Shown one piece after another: positions 5,391-15,513 of a DNA stretch of 37,033 nt. The notes under the pieces were generated by a model. The model had not been told where the DNA came from. It ran no database searches and was given only the letters and a program-made list of their open reading frames with translations. The stretch lies in the IMG/VR virus record IMGVR_UViG_3300025160_000014, positions 1 through 37,033 of that record. One strand, written 5' to 3'. This stretch comes from a virus. Its lineage: Duplodnaviria; Caudoviricetes. Numbering within the stretch: position 1 is the stretch's first letter; every line of letters starts with the position of its first letter. The position numbers and the translations under genes were made by a program.

Positions 5391-7715
5391 ATGAATAAGA
5401 ACCAACCAACAAACTCCCCAGCAAGAGAAAATCAACTAGACTTCCTGTATGACCTCTATTCCCAAGGCATAGATATTGGAAATGAGAGCATTGCGCTGCT
5501 TAAAAGAGCAGAGTATATCGACGGAGATATACCAAAAGAAGTCAAAAGACCACAAGGCCGACCGCCATCCTTCGTAGACCACTCCGTAAAAAACAAAAAA
5601 GAAACCCATGTAGATAGATTCATCGACATAGAGTCCGAATCTCTCGTAGAGCCAGACGACACCGTTCTGTACGAGTCTGAATACAAAAAGCACGTCTATC
5701 TTTATGGTAGCCAGATATATACCGGTCAAAAAGTTCCCATCTCAAGGAAGGACTGGATGCCCGAAAGCACCATGCAGCACGACAAAGCCTTCGTAAACTG
5801 GATAGATTCGATGAACTTCATTGGATTCAAGTCCAGAGCCAGATATGGCCGGCTCAACATGTACGTCCAGCAGTGCGACGACTGGATATCAGAAGGGGGG
5901 TCCGTAGCAGAACAACCCACCCCGGAGGCAAAAGAAGAATACAAGGACCGCGAAATCGAAAGATGTACCGAAAATACCATGTACTTTCTTAATAAGTACC
6001 TCAAACTCAAGGAGGGAGACATGGCATCCGGATCACGGGACTACGACGCCAAGCAGTGCCACGAAATCATCTGCTACCTGTTCGACTGCGGGTACTCGTT
6101 CTACCTCGGGAAGCCCCGCCAGATCGCAGCTACCTCAACGCTAGGTGGTTGTGGACTCAAAAAGATCATTTTTAATCGAAACTTCTTCCTAAAGTTCGTC
6201 ACGCAAGACGCCGAAAAGGGAGAGGAGATTTTTGAAGATAAAATCAAGTACCCATTCTCGGAACTACCAGAATGGATGAAACCGGACGTGAAAAACGACC
6301 GGGATCGCCTGTTTGCCCTCGGATATAAAGACAAAAAGGGTGATCGGGAAGGGGTAAACTCGAAATTACAGGTCGTGGCACCGTCAAAAACAGCCATTTC
6401 CGGCGGTTCACCACAGCTTTCGTTCATCGATGAGGCCGGAAACATACCCATCCTCACAGCCATCATAGAGGATGCTAACCCAACGATGTACTGGATGAAC
6501 CCAAAGACCGGAAAGATGGAAATGAAGCGCCAGATGATCGTGTGGGGGACTGGTGGAGACATGGAGAAAGGGGGAAAAGCATTCGAGAGAGAATTCATGG
6601 CAGCTATCCGCAGATGGCAAGCAAGGAAGTTCAATAGCGGCATCATCCCACTGTTTTTCGACTGGTCCACGAGACCTGGGATAACACAGGAATTTTATGA
6701 CGAGAAAAAGGAAGAATTTTACTCCAAAGAAGGCCCCGACGCAGAAGACTCTCGGGTAATGTTTCAGCAACAGTACCCATCCTGCATAGAAGATATGTTT
6801 CTCTCTTCCTCCAAGACAATCGTCTCTCAGGAATACATTAACAGTCAGCTTGATCGCATCAGAAAGCACTCGCACATACTTCGTCCCAAAAGAGGATATT
6901 TCGAAGCTGTTCTTGGCGACAAATCTATGCCGGAAGGAGCCGATATCCCTTTCAATATAATCGGGGTGGATTTTGTGGCCGTTCCAGACGGAGATCCTCG
7001 CGGAGTAGTGATAATGTTCCAGGAGCCAAAAAAGAACTGGAGAAAAAGATACTATCAGGGCACCGACCCGATCGCTTCCGATACCGGGCTTTCAAATATG
7101 GCATCCGGTATATGGGACAACTACTACAAAACAGTCTCCTGCGTGGTGAATTTTCGTGCGACAAACTACAAGGAGACATTTTTACAGACGATGCTCCTTG
7201 GGATGTATTATGACATTGAAAGAGGCTATGGGGTAAAGGAGTTGTTGGAGACAAACATCGGTCTCGCGTACAGGGAGTACAAGGAGAACAAAGGATTTTT
7301 TGATTCGCTGGTTTTCAATGCTGAGCTACCACAGTACCTGCAGACATCTTCCGGGAACATTGTCGGGATAGATAACAGAGGGATGAGATCAAAAATGATC
7401 ATCGACAAAATGTTTGAGATGATACAGGCGTTTGGAACAAAAATTTACATCGAAGAGTTTTTCATTCAGCTGAAAACATTCGTGTGTACAGTCAACCAGA
7501 AGGGAAATGAAAGCTGGGGGCCGGTAGACAGGCGCTACTACAAGGACGACGTTCTGTTTGCTTGCGTTTTTTCATATATTTGTAGCCTATGTTACATCAA
7601 TGAAATTCCGGAAAAGATTGATAGCGAAGACAAGAGAACAGTGATCCGGCATGAATTGAGACGTGATGCAAATTGGAATTTAACAAGGGTGCCGGTTAGA
7701 AAAAGAATAAGCTGA
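5391..7715 (+). CDS. terL: Terminase large subunit
   Basis: Walker A-like GKPRQIAATS, Walker B SFIDEAG, coupling motif WGTG, RNase H-like nuclease motifs GTDP and DDVLFA; upstream of the portal. Confidence 0.93.
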   Translation: MNKNQPTNSPARENQLDFLYDLYSQGIDIGNESIALLKRAEYIDGDIPKEVKRPQGRPPSFVDHSVKNKKETHVDRFIDIESESLVEPDDTVLYESEYKKHVYLYGSQIYTGQKVPISRKDWMPESTMQHDKAFVNWIDSMNFIGFKSRARYGRLNMYVQQCDDWISEGGSVAEQPTPEAKEEYKDREIERCTENTMYFLNKYLKLKEGDMASGSRDYDAKQCHEIICYLFDCGYSFYLGKPRQIAATSTLGGCGLKKIIFNRNFFLKFVTQDAEKGEEIFEDKIKYPFSELPEWMKPDVKNDRDRLFALGYKDKKGDREGVNSKLQVVAPSKTAISGGSPQLSFIDEAGNIPILTAIIEDANPTMYWMNPKTGKMEMKRQMIVWGTGGDMEKGGKAFEREFMAAIRRWQARKFNSGIIPLFFDWSTRPGITQEFYDEKKEEFYSKEGPDAEDSRVMFQQQYPSCIEDMFLSSSKTIVSQEYINSQLDRIRKHSHILRPKRGYFEAVLGDKSMPEGADIPFNIIGVDFVAVPDGDPRGVVIMFQEPKKNWRKRYYQGTDPIASDTGLSNMASGIWDNYYKTVSCVVNFRATNYKETFLQTMLLGMYYDIERGYGVKELLETNIGLAYREYKENKGFFDSLVFNAELPQYLQTSSGNIVGIDNRGMRSKMIIDKMFEMIQAFGTKIYIEEFFIQLKTFVCTVNQKGNESWGPVDRRYYKDDVLFACVFSYICSLCYINEIPEKIDSEDKRTVIRHELRRDANWNLTRVPVRKRIS

Positions 7716-8323
7716 TGAGCGATCAACCACAGGTTTTATTGTTCGGCCCGCAAACAGGGAAAGACCTTCGGAGGCAGTATCCCGAATTGGCAAACGTTCC
7801 CGAATTTAAAAAGCTCACCTTGCAAGAGATGCTGTTCGTCTGGCATTATGCAAACCCCACAAGTCCGATAGCATCTGAGAATAACGACAGGATACGCCGG
7901 ACAAAAGCATACGCCGCAGCGTTCAAAGAAGAGGACACGCTGAGGGAAGAGAAGTACCAGGCCGGCAACTTTCCGGATTCTGTAAAAATTGCAATCGAGA
8001 AGATGCGGCAGTACGACCCTTCTGTGAGAGTAAGGGCACGAAGAATGGTGGAAAAGATCGTCGAGAACTTCGAGAAGCTGGTAGAGGTTGATCTGGACCA
8101 GGATTTTAAGAAAGTTTCGAAAGATAAGGATGGTGGGATAACAGAGGAGGTCGATTTCTCTGCCCGGCAAAATTATATTAATAGTTGCTCAAAAATAGCA
8201 GAGACGCTTCCTAGGCTGATTGGGCAAATGGAAGATGGATTTGGAATATCTGATTCTGAAAGCGGAGAAGAGTCTGCAACAAAAGCGATAGACAGATTTC
8301 ATTTATCTAAAGACAACGAATAA
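7715..8323 (+). CDS. Hypothetical protein between terminase and portal
   Basis: 202-aa ORF coupled on both sides (TGATG, TAATG). Confidence 0.85.
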   Translation: MSDQPQVLLFGPQTGKDLRRQYPELANVPEFKKLTLQEMLFVWHYANPTSPIASENNDRIRRTKAYAAAFKEEDTLREEKYQAGNFPDSVKIAIEKMRQYDPSVRVRARRMVEKIVENFEKLVEVDLDQDFKKVSKDKDGGITEEVDFSARQNYINSCSKIAETLPRLIGQMEDGFGISDSESGEESATKAIDRFHLSKDNE

Positions 8324-10557
8324 TGCTTTTCCTATTGACAGATGGGCAAACACGCCCCAACAGACTCGAAGGACCAAAGGATAAATTGTACCACTGTCAA
8401 TTCGGAAGATATTGTGCGGTCAACGCCAATAACGGACTCCAGAGCCAGTTCCTCGAAAAGATAAAACTCAACAAAGATTTTTATAAGGGGGATCAGTGGA
8501 GAGAAAACGAAGATCTGGAGGCATTCCTAAAAGACGATTCCGGCCAAGACAGAAACAGGATCAAGGTGATCAAGAATCTGATCCGTCCAATGGTAGAGCA
8601 GTATCGCGGAAACGCAATACGCATGCAGTTCAACGCCCGCGCCAGAAGTGTTTCTCCAAAAGCCATAAACAGAAGAGAAGAAAAGCTGGCGGAGCTGATG
8701 TTCTACACAGACGTCGCAGCACAGCAACCATCTTTTGCTGGCGTCCTACAGAAGAAACTACCTATCGGGAAGACCAAAGAAGAGACATCGCAGATCTTTG
8801 ATAATATATATGTTGATAAGTATGTTGAAAAGATTAACATGCTGCTCAAGTATGTGGCAGACCTGAACAAATTTTCTGACAAGCAGGTGAGAGTAGCAGA
8901 AGAGATGGCGCTCTCCGGGCTGGCCGTTCTTGAAGGAATGGAGTACGCAGGCAACCAGATTTTTGATGTGATGAAGTCGGAAGACTTCTTCTTTGATAGA
9001 AGTGCAAAGGATTATGATCTCGGAGACGCCGAATACATGGGCAAAATGCCATACATGCTCCCCACGGAAATTTTCGAGCACTATCCTAGCCTCACGCAAG
9101 ACGAAAGGAAATCGATCGAGAGCTACGGAACCCAGTGGCAGAAAAATATCAGCAGCGAGCAGTACCAAAACACCGGGCGAATTCCGGTAGTTCATTCTTA
9201 CTGGAGAGACTGTGAGAAATACGAATACGGATATGTGATGGACGAGTATGGATATCCGATGCTCACAAAGATCAACTTCACATACGAAGGAGAAGAGAAT
9301 CCAAGATATACAGACGCGGACCTGATCGATCCTAAAACGGAAAGACAAAAACGCGTTCTTGGAGGAAAGAAAAAGAAATCTATCTATGTGGATGTGCTTC
9401 GTATGTGCGTCTTCGTCCCGCAAGAAGTTTTAGCCGACGCAACAGCGCCCAACCTAAAAGTGGGAGACATTGTTCTCGACTGGGGCATCGTCCCGTATCA
9501 AGAAACACACAACCTGGATTTTTCAAGTGTGAAGTTCCCATTCAAGTGCTACTGCTGGGGATATATCGACGGAGAGATACTCTCCCCCATTGACGATGCT
9601 ATCAATCCACAGCGATTTATCAACAGAGTATTGTCAGTAGCGGAAAATCAAATAAACAACTCTCGCGGATCGGGAACAGTTTATGACAAATCGGCGGTTG
9701 ACCAGGCCGACGGAGAAAATGAAATGCTCCAAAACATGAACCAGAGTAAACCGGTAGGAGTGAATGCTCGCGGACGTGGGATACAGAATGTTATAGGGTC
9801 CTACGACTCAACCGTGAAGCAGGGTACAATGGTGATGTTCAACATTGTAGACGTGATGAAAGGTCATATTCAGGATGTCACGGGAGTGAACGAAGCCCTC
9901 AAAGGAGAGTCCACCGGAAGCGACCAGCTTGTTGGCGTAACCCAGCTGCTTATTCAGCGCGGGTCGCTCATGCAAGAGCCATTCTATAATGCTATCACAC
10001 AGATATTCCTGCAGGCATACCAGTCTATCGCAACGGTAGGGAAAAGGATATACGCCGACAATCAGCGCGAGCTGGCCATCATAACCGGTGACGAAGGCGT
10101 GGAGGTTCTGAATATATCGAAGGACATGAAGCTTGAAGACTTCCGGGTTTTTGTGAAGCGCGACAACCCAGACGATATTCTTATTAATGCAGGAAACACA
10201 ATGATCATGCAGATGGTTCAGATGGGTCTTCTTGATAGAGATAGAATGGCGAACCTATATGGAAGGTCAACTCCGGATGATGTTGCACGCGCACTGAGGC
10301 AGTCCGCAAAAGAACAGAAAGAAGTTTCTCGCATGCAGGGCCAAGCCGACGAAGCTCAAGCCGGACAGATAGCAGCAGAAGCAGAGAAATCCAAAGCTGA
10401 ACAAATGCAGATGCTCGACAACATGGAAGCGAAAGAAGAAAGCAAGCAGATGGGTAAAGATCAGCACGACCTAGATATGGTTTTTGCAAAGTCTTTTGGT
10501 AAAATGATGGAAAAAGGTTCGGAGAAAACGGCAGATTTGCAAAATAAAGTATTGTAA
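8323..10557 (+). CDS. Portal protein
   Basis: 744 aa with DFYKGDQW, NLIRPMVEQYRG and DVTGVNEALKG motifs typical of P22/crAss-like portals, and a C-terminal Gln-rich coiled coil; position after terL. Confidence 0.9.
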   Translation: MLFLLTDGQTRPNRLEGPKDKLYHCQFGRYCAVNANNGLQSQFLEKIKLNKDFYKGDQWRENEDLEAFLKDDSGQDRNRIKVIKNLIRPMVEQYRGNAIRMQFNARARSVSPKAINRREEKLAELMFYTDVAAQQPSFAGVLQKKLPIGKTKEETSQIFDNIYVDKYVEKINMLLKYVADLNKFSDKQVRVAEEMALSGLAVLEGMEYAGNQIFDVMKSEDFFFDRSAKDYDLGDAEYMGKMPYMLPTEIFEHYPSLTQDERKSIESYGTQWQKNISSEQYQNTGRIPVVHSYWRDCEKYEYGYVMDEYGYPMLTKINFTYEGEENPRYTDADLIDPKTERQKRVLGGKKKKSIYVDVLRMCVFVPQEVLADATAPNLKVGDIVLDWGIVPYQETHNLDFSSVKFPFKCYCWGYIDGEILSPIDDAINPQRFINRVLSVAENQINNSRGSGTVYDKSAVDQADGENEMLQNMNQSKPVGVNARGRGIQNVIGSYDSTVKQGTMVMFNIVDVMKGHIQDVTGVNEALKGESTGSDQLVGVTQLLIQRGSLMQEPFYNAITQIFLQAYQSIATVGKRIYADNQRELAIITGDEGVEVLNISKDMKLEDFRVFVKRDNPDDILINAGNTMIMQMVQMGLLDRDRMANLYGRSTPDDVARALRQSAKEQKEVSRMQGQADEAQAGQIAAEAEKSKAEQMQMLDNMEAKEESKQMGKDQHDLDMVFAKSFGKMMEKGSEKTADLQNKVL

Positions 10558-10567
10558 CATACCTTTG
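10536..10567 (+). promoter_or_regulatory. Canonical Bacteroidota sigma-A promoter TTTG-N20-TACCTTTG
   Basis: TTTG at 10536-10539 and TACCTTTG at 10560-10567, upstream of the scaffold and capsid genes. Confidence 0.8.
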
Positions 10568-10593
10568 ATCGCAAGAAGAAAAGAAATCGGATC

Positions 10594-11817
10594 ATGCCAG
10601 AAGTAGAAACACCTCCAGTACAAACGCCCGCCCAACAGCAGGCGCCCGTCCAGCAACCTCCAGTTCAACAAGAAAACAAAATGAGCTCTGTCATAGATGC
10701 TCTTTCTGGGTTGAAAGGAACGGAAGCGGCAATAAAAGATCTTTCTGGGCCAGAAACAACACCGGCTCCAGTAGTCGCACCAGTAGAAACTCCTCCTGTC
10801 GTAGTTCCGCCAGTAGAAGCCCCTCCAGCTGGAACAGAAACTGTTCCAGCAGAAACTCCTGCCACCACAGAAACCCCTGTCGTTGACGCAGGAATTGAAA
10901 TCGACAGTCCTCTTTTTGGCGGCAAGAAAAAGGTTGGTGCCAAAGAGAAGAAAAAAGACGAAGTTGTATTTGAGAATTTTGAACAGGTTGCGACCGTTCT
11001 GAAAAAGGATTTTGGTCAGGATGTGAAAGAGATAAAGGATCTTGGAAAGTTCCTCACCTCTGCCGAAGGGTGGAGGAAAGACGCTTCAAAATTCAAGGAC
11101 ACTGAGAAAAAAGTAGCTCAGTTTGAAAATATTTTCACCGAAATGCCCGAGCCTCTTTTAGATGCCATAAAAACGCATTTTAACGGAGGTAACTGGGAAG
11201 AGCCTATCAAGAACAGGCCGAAGTTTGACTATTCGGTAGATGTAAAGAAGCAGGATACGAAGGCTCTTGTGAATCATTATTTCCCCGGTAAATTTACCGA
11301 TGAGGATTTTACAGCAGAATCAAAATCGCCCGCTCTGGAAATAGCAGAGCAGGCATCCATAGATAAGTTTAGCACTGAGAAGATTGGCTATGAGTCGAAA
11401 CGCACCGCAGACGTGGCAAAAGGCAAGCAAAAGCTTGAACTTAGAAGAGCTTCCGTCGCAGGTTCCGTTTCAGCACTCAAAGAGTCGTTTCCTGACCTAC
11501 CAGATTCAGATATCAAAGAGATATCTTCTGTAATGGAAAGCGGCGACATAAATAGTTTATTCTTCAACACGGATGGCTCGTTCAAGAAAGAGGCAGCAGA
11601 GATGCTTGCGCTTGCCAGACATGGAAGAAGTGTTATTTCGCAGTTCATGGACGTTGCTGCAAAGCGTGGCGCAAATGAGGCAACCGAAGATTTGGTTACT
11701 CGTGGCGCGGATAAACCTAACCCGGTGAAAACAACCGGAGGCGAGAAGCCATCTGAAAAGGTTTTAAAGGAAGTAGAAAATCTGATAGGAGGAGTAGTCA
11801 AGAAACCCACTTATTAA
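10594..11817 (+). CDS. Putative capsid scaffolding protein
   Basis: Pro/Gln/Glu-rich disordered N-terminus and helical charged body; lies between portal and capsid. Confidence 0.75.
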   Translation: MPEVETPPVQTPAQQQAPVQQPPVQQENKMSSVIDALSGLKGTEAAIKDLSGPETTPAPVVAPVETPPVVVPPVEAPPAGTETVPAETPATTETPVVDAGIEIDSPLFGGKKKVGAKEKKKDEVVFENFEQVATVLKKDFGQDVKEIKDLGKFLTSAEGWRKDASKFKDTEKKVAQFENIFTEMPEPLLDAIKTHFNGGNWEEPIKNRPKFDYSVDVKKQDTKALVNHYFPGKFTDEDFTAESKSPALEIAEQASIDKFSTEKIGYESKRTADVAKGKQKLELRRASVAGSVSALKESFPDLPDSDIKEISSVMESGDINSLFFNTDGSFKKEAAEMLALARHGRSVISQFMDVAAKRGANEATEDLVTRGADKPNPVKTTGGEKPSEKVLKEVENLIGGVVKKPTY

Positions 11818-11835
11818 TCCTTTAAAAAACCAATT

Positions 11836-13113
11836 ATGTCAAATACTTCGTATACCCCCGCGATTGGTAACGCTCCCTTTGGGAACTTAAACACCAACCC
11901 GCAGGCTTCACAATATGCTCAGATCTCGGCTTACACCCCTGCTGAGCAGATCTTGATCGCAAAAGCAATCAAGAAAGCGATCTTTGATGCTGCCCCCGAG
12001 CAGTACAATGCGCTGAAACTCCTTTTCGCGAAACCTTTCGAGGACGTGAACCTGGACGAATTCGAATATCTCGAAAACACATTCGGGCGCTCTGTGATCG
12101 AAGCGCTTCTGGCATCAGCAGCAGTTCCTGCCGTTCCTCTTTCCCAGGTATTGCAGACCATCACGCTCACAGCGACGTCGATGACCCGCATAACTCCTGA
12201 CTTGATCATCATCTACCCTAACAACCAAAAGGCTGTGATCCAGTCTGTAGGCCCGGGTAACACGATCAACGTAGCTTCTCAGACAAGCGACAGTTTGCCT
12301 GCAGTTGCTCCAAACGACATCTTCTCTATCCAGTCCACCATCACCAGTGATGCCATGGACTACTTCTCGAATTATGAGAGGATGGACGTCATCACACGGT
12401 ACAACTTCGTGCAGTTTTTCTTGCGCGCAGCCCGTTGGGGAAGAATCGAACTCCAGAAGTATGAGAATGCCGGTACAACCAACTACCTTGTAGTTGACAA
12501 AGAGCAGAAGATCAAACAACTGCGTATCGACATGTTCAACTCATTCTGGAACGGTCAACGTGGAGAATTCCAAATTTCAAACGGTTACATCGCAAAAGCG
12601 ATGGGCGGTATCTATCCTACGATGGTTGCTGCTGGTTCCATGAGCGCGAACCCGACCCTGGCCGGCCTGAGAGCAGCCTTCGAAACTCTCGCTTTCCAGA
12701 CAAACTTCAAAAAAGAAGGCGCCACCCGTTTCATCTATGGAACTGATGAGATCCTGTACGAACTGAGCAAAGTGTTCAAAGACCCAGGACTTCGTTACGC
12801 TCCTAGCGATGAAATCGCGAACCTGAACTTGCTTCAGTACAAGCTCGGAACAATGAATTTCGTGCCAGTTCCTTGTGAGCTGTTCCGCGAGCGTTCTTGC
12901 TTCCCTGCTGACTGGGCTCGCAAGATCATCGTTCTCGATCAGGAGACCGTTACCCCTGTGAAAATGAAAGGGATACCATCTTTCGAGATGGGATCAACTC
13001 TCGACAAAGGAAGTAATGGAACTCGCGAAGGGTTCAAGGATTGGTGGGTAGGTGGACAGTTGTCCATCCGTCACGATAATCCTGTTGCCTCCTTCTGGCT
13101 GGATGTTCAGTAG
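11836..13113 (+). CDS. Major capsid protein
   Basis: 425 aa after the scaffold, with FEYLEN, YNFVQFF, FWNGQR..AMGGI HK97-fold-like landmarks and C-ending codon bias; followed by a strong terminator. Confidence 0.88.
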   Translation: MSNTSYTPAIGNAPFGNLNTNPQASQYAQISAYTPAEQILIAKAIKKAIFDAAPEQYNALKLLFAKPFEDVNLDEFEYLENTFGRSVIEALLASAAVPAVPLSQVLQTITLTATSMTRITPDLIIIYPNNQKAVIQSVGPGNTINVASQTSDSLPAVAPNDIFSIQSTITSDAMDYFSNYERMDVITRYNFVQFFLRAARWGRIELQKYENAGTTNYLVVDKEQKIKQLRIDMFNSFWNGQRGEFQISNGYIAKAMGGIYPTMVAAGSMSANPTLAGLRAAFETLAFQTNFKKEGATRFIYGTDEILYELSKVFKDPGLRYAPSDEIANLNLLQYKLGTMNFVPVPCELFRERSCFPADWARKIIVLDQETVTPVKMKGIPSFEMGSTLDKGSNGTREGFKDWWVGGQLSIRHDNPVASFWLDVQ

Positions 13114-13120
13114 TCTTTCT

Positions 13121-13155
13121 AGTGTAGCCGGAGAAATTCGGCTACACTTTTTTTT
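13121..13155 (+). terminator. Intrinsic terminator after the capsid gene
   Basis: AGTGTAGCCGGA-gaaa-TTCGGCTACACT followed by a T tract. Confidence 0.9.
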
Positions 13156-13177
13156 ATTTAAACCAAAAATCTGAAAT

Positions 13178-13942
13178 ATGACACTTGTTAAAGGAAATGC
13201 GGGCGACAAGCCGGAAAAAAAAGAAACAAACGAGCAGATGGAACTGCTCTTAGCGAATTTTAAAAGCATGCAAGATGAGCTTGCCTTGTTAAAGGCGGCA
13301 GGCCAACCACAGGCAGGAGTAATGCCGGGCGGGATGACAGCAAATCAACTTGCAGAAGTAATCAAAGCAGTAAAGGATCGTCCTGATTCTGAGAAGTATG
13401 ACGTGCGCCGACACATCGACGAACGTGATATTGATAAGGATGATTACGATCAAGTAGGAGTAAGTTTCTGCGCCTACAGCACAGGATACCTCATCGTTGA
13501 TGACGTGAGACAAGGCCAAGCTGTCAGGACTCCCTACGGAAAATCAATTTTCTTTGTGTTCCAGGGATCAAAGAGATTCCAGGCCGGAAAATACCAAGAA
13601 CTCAGCACCTATTGCGAATACAAAAGCCATAGCAAGAGAGAGCAGGAGTGGCTGCGTAATCACCGCTACTATGGAGTGATGTTCTTCGAAAGCGCAAAAG
13701 ATGTTTTGCAGGGCAACGCAAAAAAGGCAAACCGGATGGTGAACTTTATGAACGCTCTCAATTCTTTGGATCAGCACGGAATCATCCAGCGGTGCAAAGA
13801 GAGATCTGTTCCGATCACAGACAATCTTCATTCTATGAGGATCACCCTCGCATACAAAATGGCAGAGGATGAGGAAGCAAACGAACAGGTTGCTGCAGCA
13901 AAGCGTGTTGAAGAGCAGTTCGAGACGACAATTTTTAAATAA
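13178..13942 (+). CDS. Hypothetical protein downstream of the capsid gene
   Basis: 254-aa ORF with an A-rich leader. Confidence 0.85.
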   Translation: MTLVKGNAGDKPEKKETNEQMELLLANFKSMQDELALLKAAGQPQAGVMPGGMTANQLAEVIKAVKDRPDSEKYDVRRHIDERDIDKDDYDQVGVSFCAYSTGYLIVDDVRQGQAVRTPYGKSIFFVFQGSKRFQAGKYQELSTYCEYKSHSKREQEWLRNHRYYGVMFFESAKDVLQGNAKKANRMVNFMNALNSLDQHGIIQRCKERSVPITDNLHSMRITLAYKMAEDEEANEQVAAAKRVEEQFETTIFK

Positions 13943-13974
13943 CGCCTCCCCTATTTGAGAAACAGTAGGGCACA

Positions 13975-14005
13975 GCCCGCCAATAGTAGGCGGGCTTTAT
14001 TTTTT
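13975..14005 (+). terminator. Intrinsic terminator
   Basis: AGCCCGCC-aatagta-GGCGGGCT followed by TTATTTTTT. Confidence 0.85.
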
Positions 14006-14007
14006 AT

Positions 14008-14015
14008 TATATTTG
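14008..14015 (+). promoter_or_regulatory. -7 element TATATTTG (possible leaderless transcript)
   Basis: Consensus motif only 4 nt before the ATG at 14020. Confidence 0.65.
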
Positions 14016-14019
14016 TGTC

Positions 14020-14784
14020 ATGCCAATCCCGGTTCAAACAGTTATAAACAGAATGGCGTCATCGCTAGACGCAGAAGGATCTGAGCGATATACGTTTGAC
14101 CAGGATTACAAGTACGCAATTAGCTATGCTCAAGAATGGATCGTTACCGCCGTAAATCAGGCGATGTCCGAAAAGAAGTTAGCCGCAGAGAATCTTAGGG
14201 AGCTTATAAAGGTAAAAGTGTGGCAGGCAAACGCATTCTCTCGAATAGCGTTTGACCCGGCCGTAGTAGGGCAAAAATTATGGTCTGTCCTTGCGGTTTA
14301 TCCCGACATCAAAACAACTCCGTTCAGCAACCCCAACCAGCTGGCAATCCCGGCACAGTCTGTATTTATGCCAAATCTTTCTTTTGTCAGCAGTGACCAG
14401 GAAGGGGCTGCCCGACTTACACACGAAGAGTGGAATGACAACAAGAAAAATGTTTTCATGCCCGGGAACACAACAGTTACCGGATCGCTAAAGAAATATG
14501 CGTACCTGGATTTTGCAGACTATTCTTCTCAGTCATACGTGAATCCAGTTCCGTTTGAGATCGAAGTTCGACCGTCAGTAGCAGCAAAATATGTTGCTAT
14601 TGTGTATTTAAAGTATCCAAACGAAATACTTCTTCCAACAGATAATCTTGAGTTTCCTGATCCAATGATCGACTTGATTGTGGAGAAGGCGCTATTGTTT
14701 ATAAGTTTCAAACAAGGAGATGCGACAAATTTATATTCTATTTCTGAAAGAGAGGTATCGCGACTCGTTGGATTAATACGATAA
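14020..14784 (+). CDS. Putative tail ring / head-tail adaptor protein 1
   Basis: Size, position, and C-terminal IVYLKYP...LEFPD.MIDLIVEKAL pattern of P22 gp4-like / crAss ring proteins. Confidence 0.65.
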   Translation: MPIPVQTVINRMASSLDAEGSERYTFDQDYKYAISYAQEWIVTAVNQAMSEKKLAAENLRELIKVKVWQANAFSRIAFDPAVVGQKLWSVLAVYPDIKTTPFSNPNQLAIPAQSVFMPNLSFVSSDQEGAARLTHEEWNDNKKNVFMPGNTTVTGSLKKYAYLDFADYSSQSYVNPVPFEIEVRPSVAAKYVAIVYLKYPNEILLPTDNLEFPDPMIDLIVEKALLFISFKQGDATNLYSISEREVSRLVGLIR

Positions 14785-14787
14785 AAA

Positions 14788-15513
14788 ATGAGCGTTACCG
14801 TAAGAACTATTGCTGATGATATTCTAGTTTCGCTTCGGCAGACATTTGACGACAAAAAAATCCAGCATTCGCAAGTGGCGTATTGGATTATCGTCATGGC
14901 AAACCGGCTGAAATCTCAGCACATCGCAAAAAGAGATTCCGGCGCGTTCTTGTCAACATTCACAGAAGTTCCTGTAATTCTACCTACGGTAAATCAGAAT
15001 AAAAATATTGTTCGAGGAAGAAAGCATATCGTCCTTCCGCAAACAATTTATGATTTCAATAACGATAGAGGGATAGACTATATCGCGTATGAGTCCGACG
15101 GGTCTCCTGGATGTCCGCCAAAATTTACCAAGATCACATTCAGTAGAACTACTCCAAAGAAGTCGAGAGTTCGATACATGAGCGCGTATGAAAAACCGTC
15201 TCCAAAAGAACCATACTTCTACCGTATAGGAGATTTTATCTACTTCTTAGGTGTTGAGCAAGTCTACGTTCCTACGGTGGAGATCGGAATTTATATGACG
15301 ATTGATCCAGTTACAACTATTGATATCGATGCGCCGTTTGATTTTCCTGACGAATTGGTATCACAGTTAAAAATGGAGGTGCTTAATCTTGGAAGGTTCT
15401 CACTGCTCGTTCCGGAAGAGAGAAGAAACGATGGGGCTTCGTCCGATCAAGCGGCACCAACGCAAAAGTTGGTTTCCGTAAATCAAAATCAACAGCAACA
15501 ACCTGAACAATAA
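14788..15513 (+). CDS. Putative tail ring protein 2
   Basis: YFYRIGDFIYF...DIDAPFDFPDELV pattern similar to crAss-like ring (tail tubular) proteins. Confidence 0.65.
   Translation: MSVTVRTIADDILVSLRQTFDDKKIQHSQVAYWIIVMANRLKSQHIAKRDSGAFLSTFTEVPVILPTVNQNKNIVRGRKHIVLPQTIYDFNNDRGIDYIAYESDGSPGCPPKFTKITFSRTTPKKSRVRYMSAYEKPSPKEPYFYRIGDFIYFLGVEQVYVPTVEIGIYMTIDPVTTIDIDAPFDFPDELVSQLKMEVLNLGRFSLLVPEERRNDGASSDQAAPTQKLVSVNQNQQQQPEQ

Noticed and set aside
7575-7582. TATATTTG inside terL as an internal promoter
   Set aside because: No TTTG at canonical spacing, and the downstream gene is translationally coupled, so the match could be chance.
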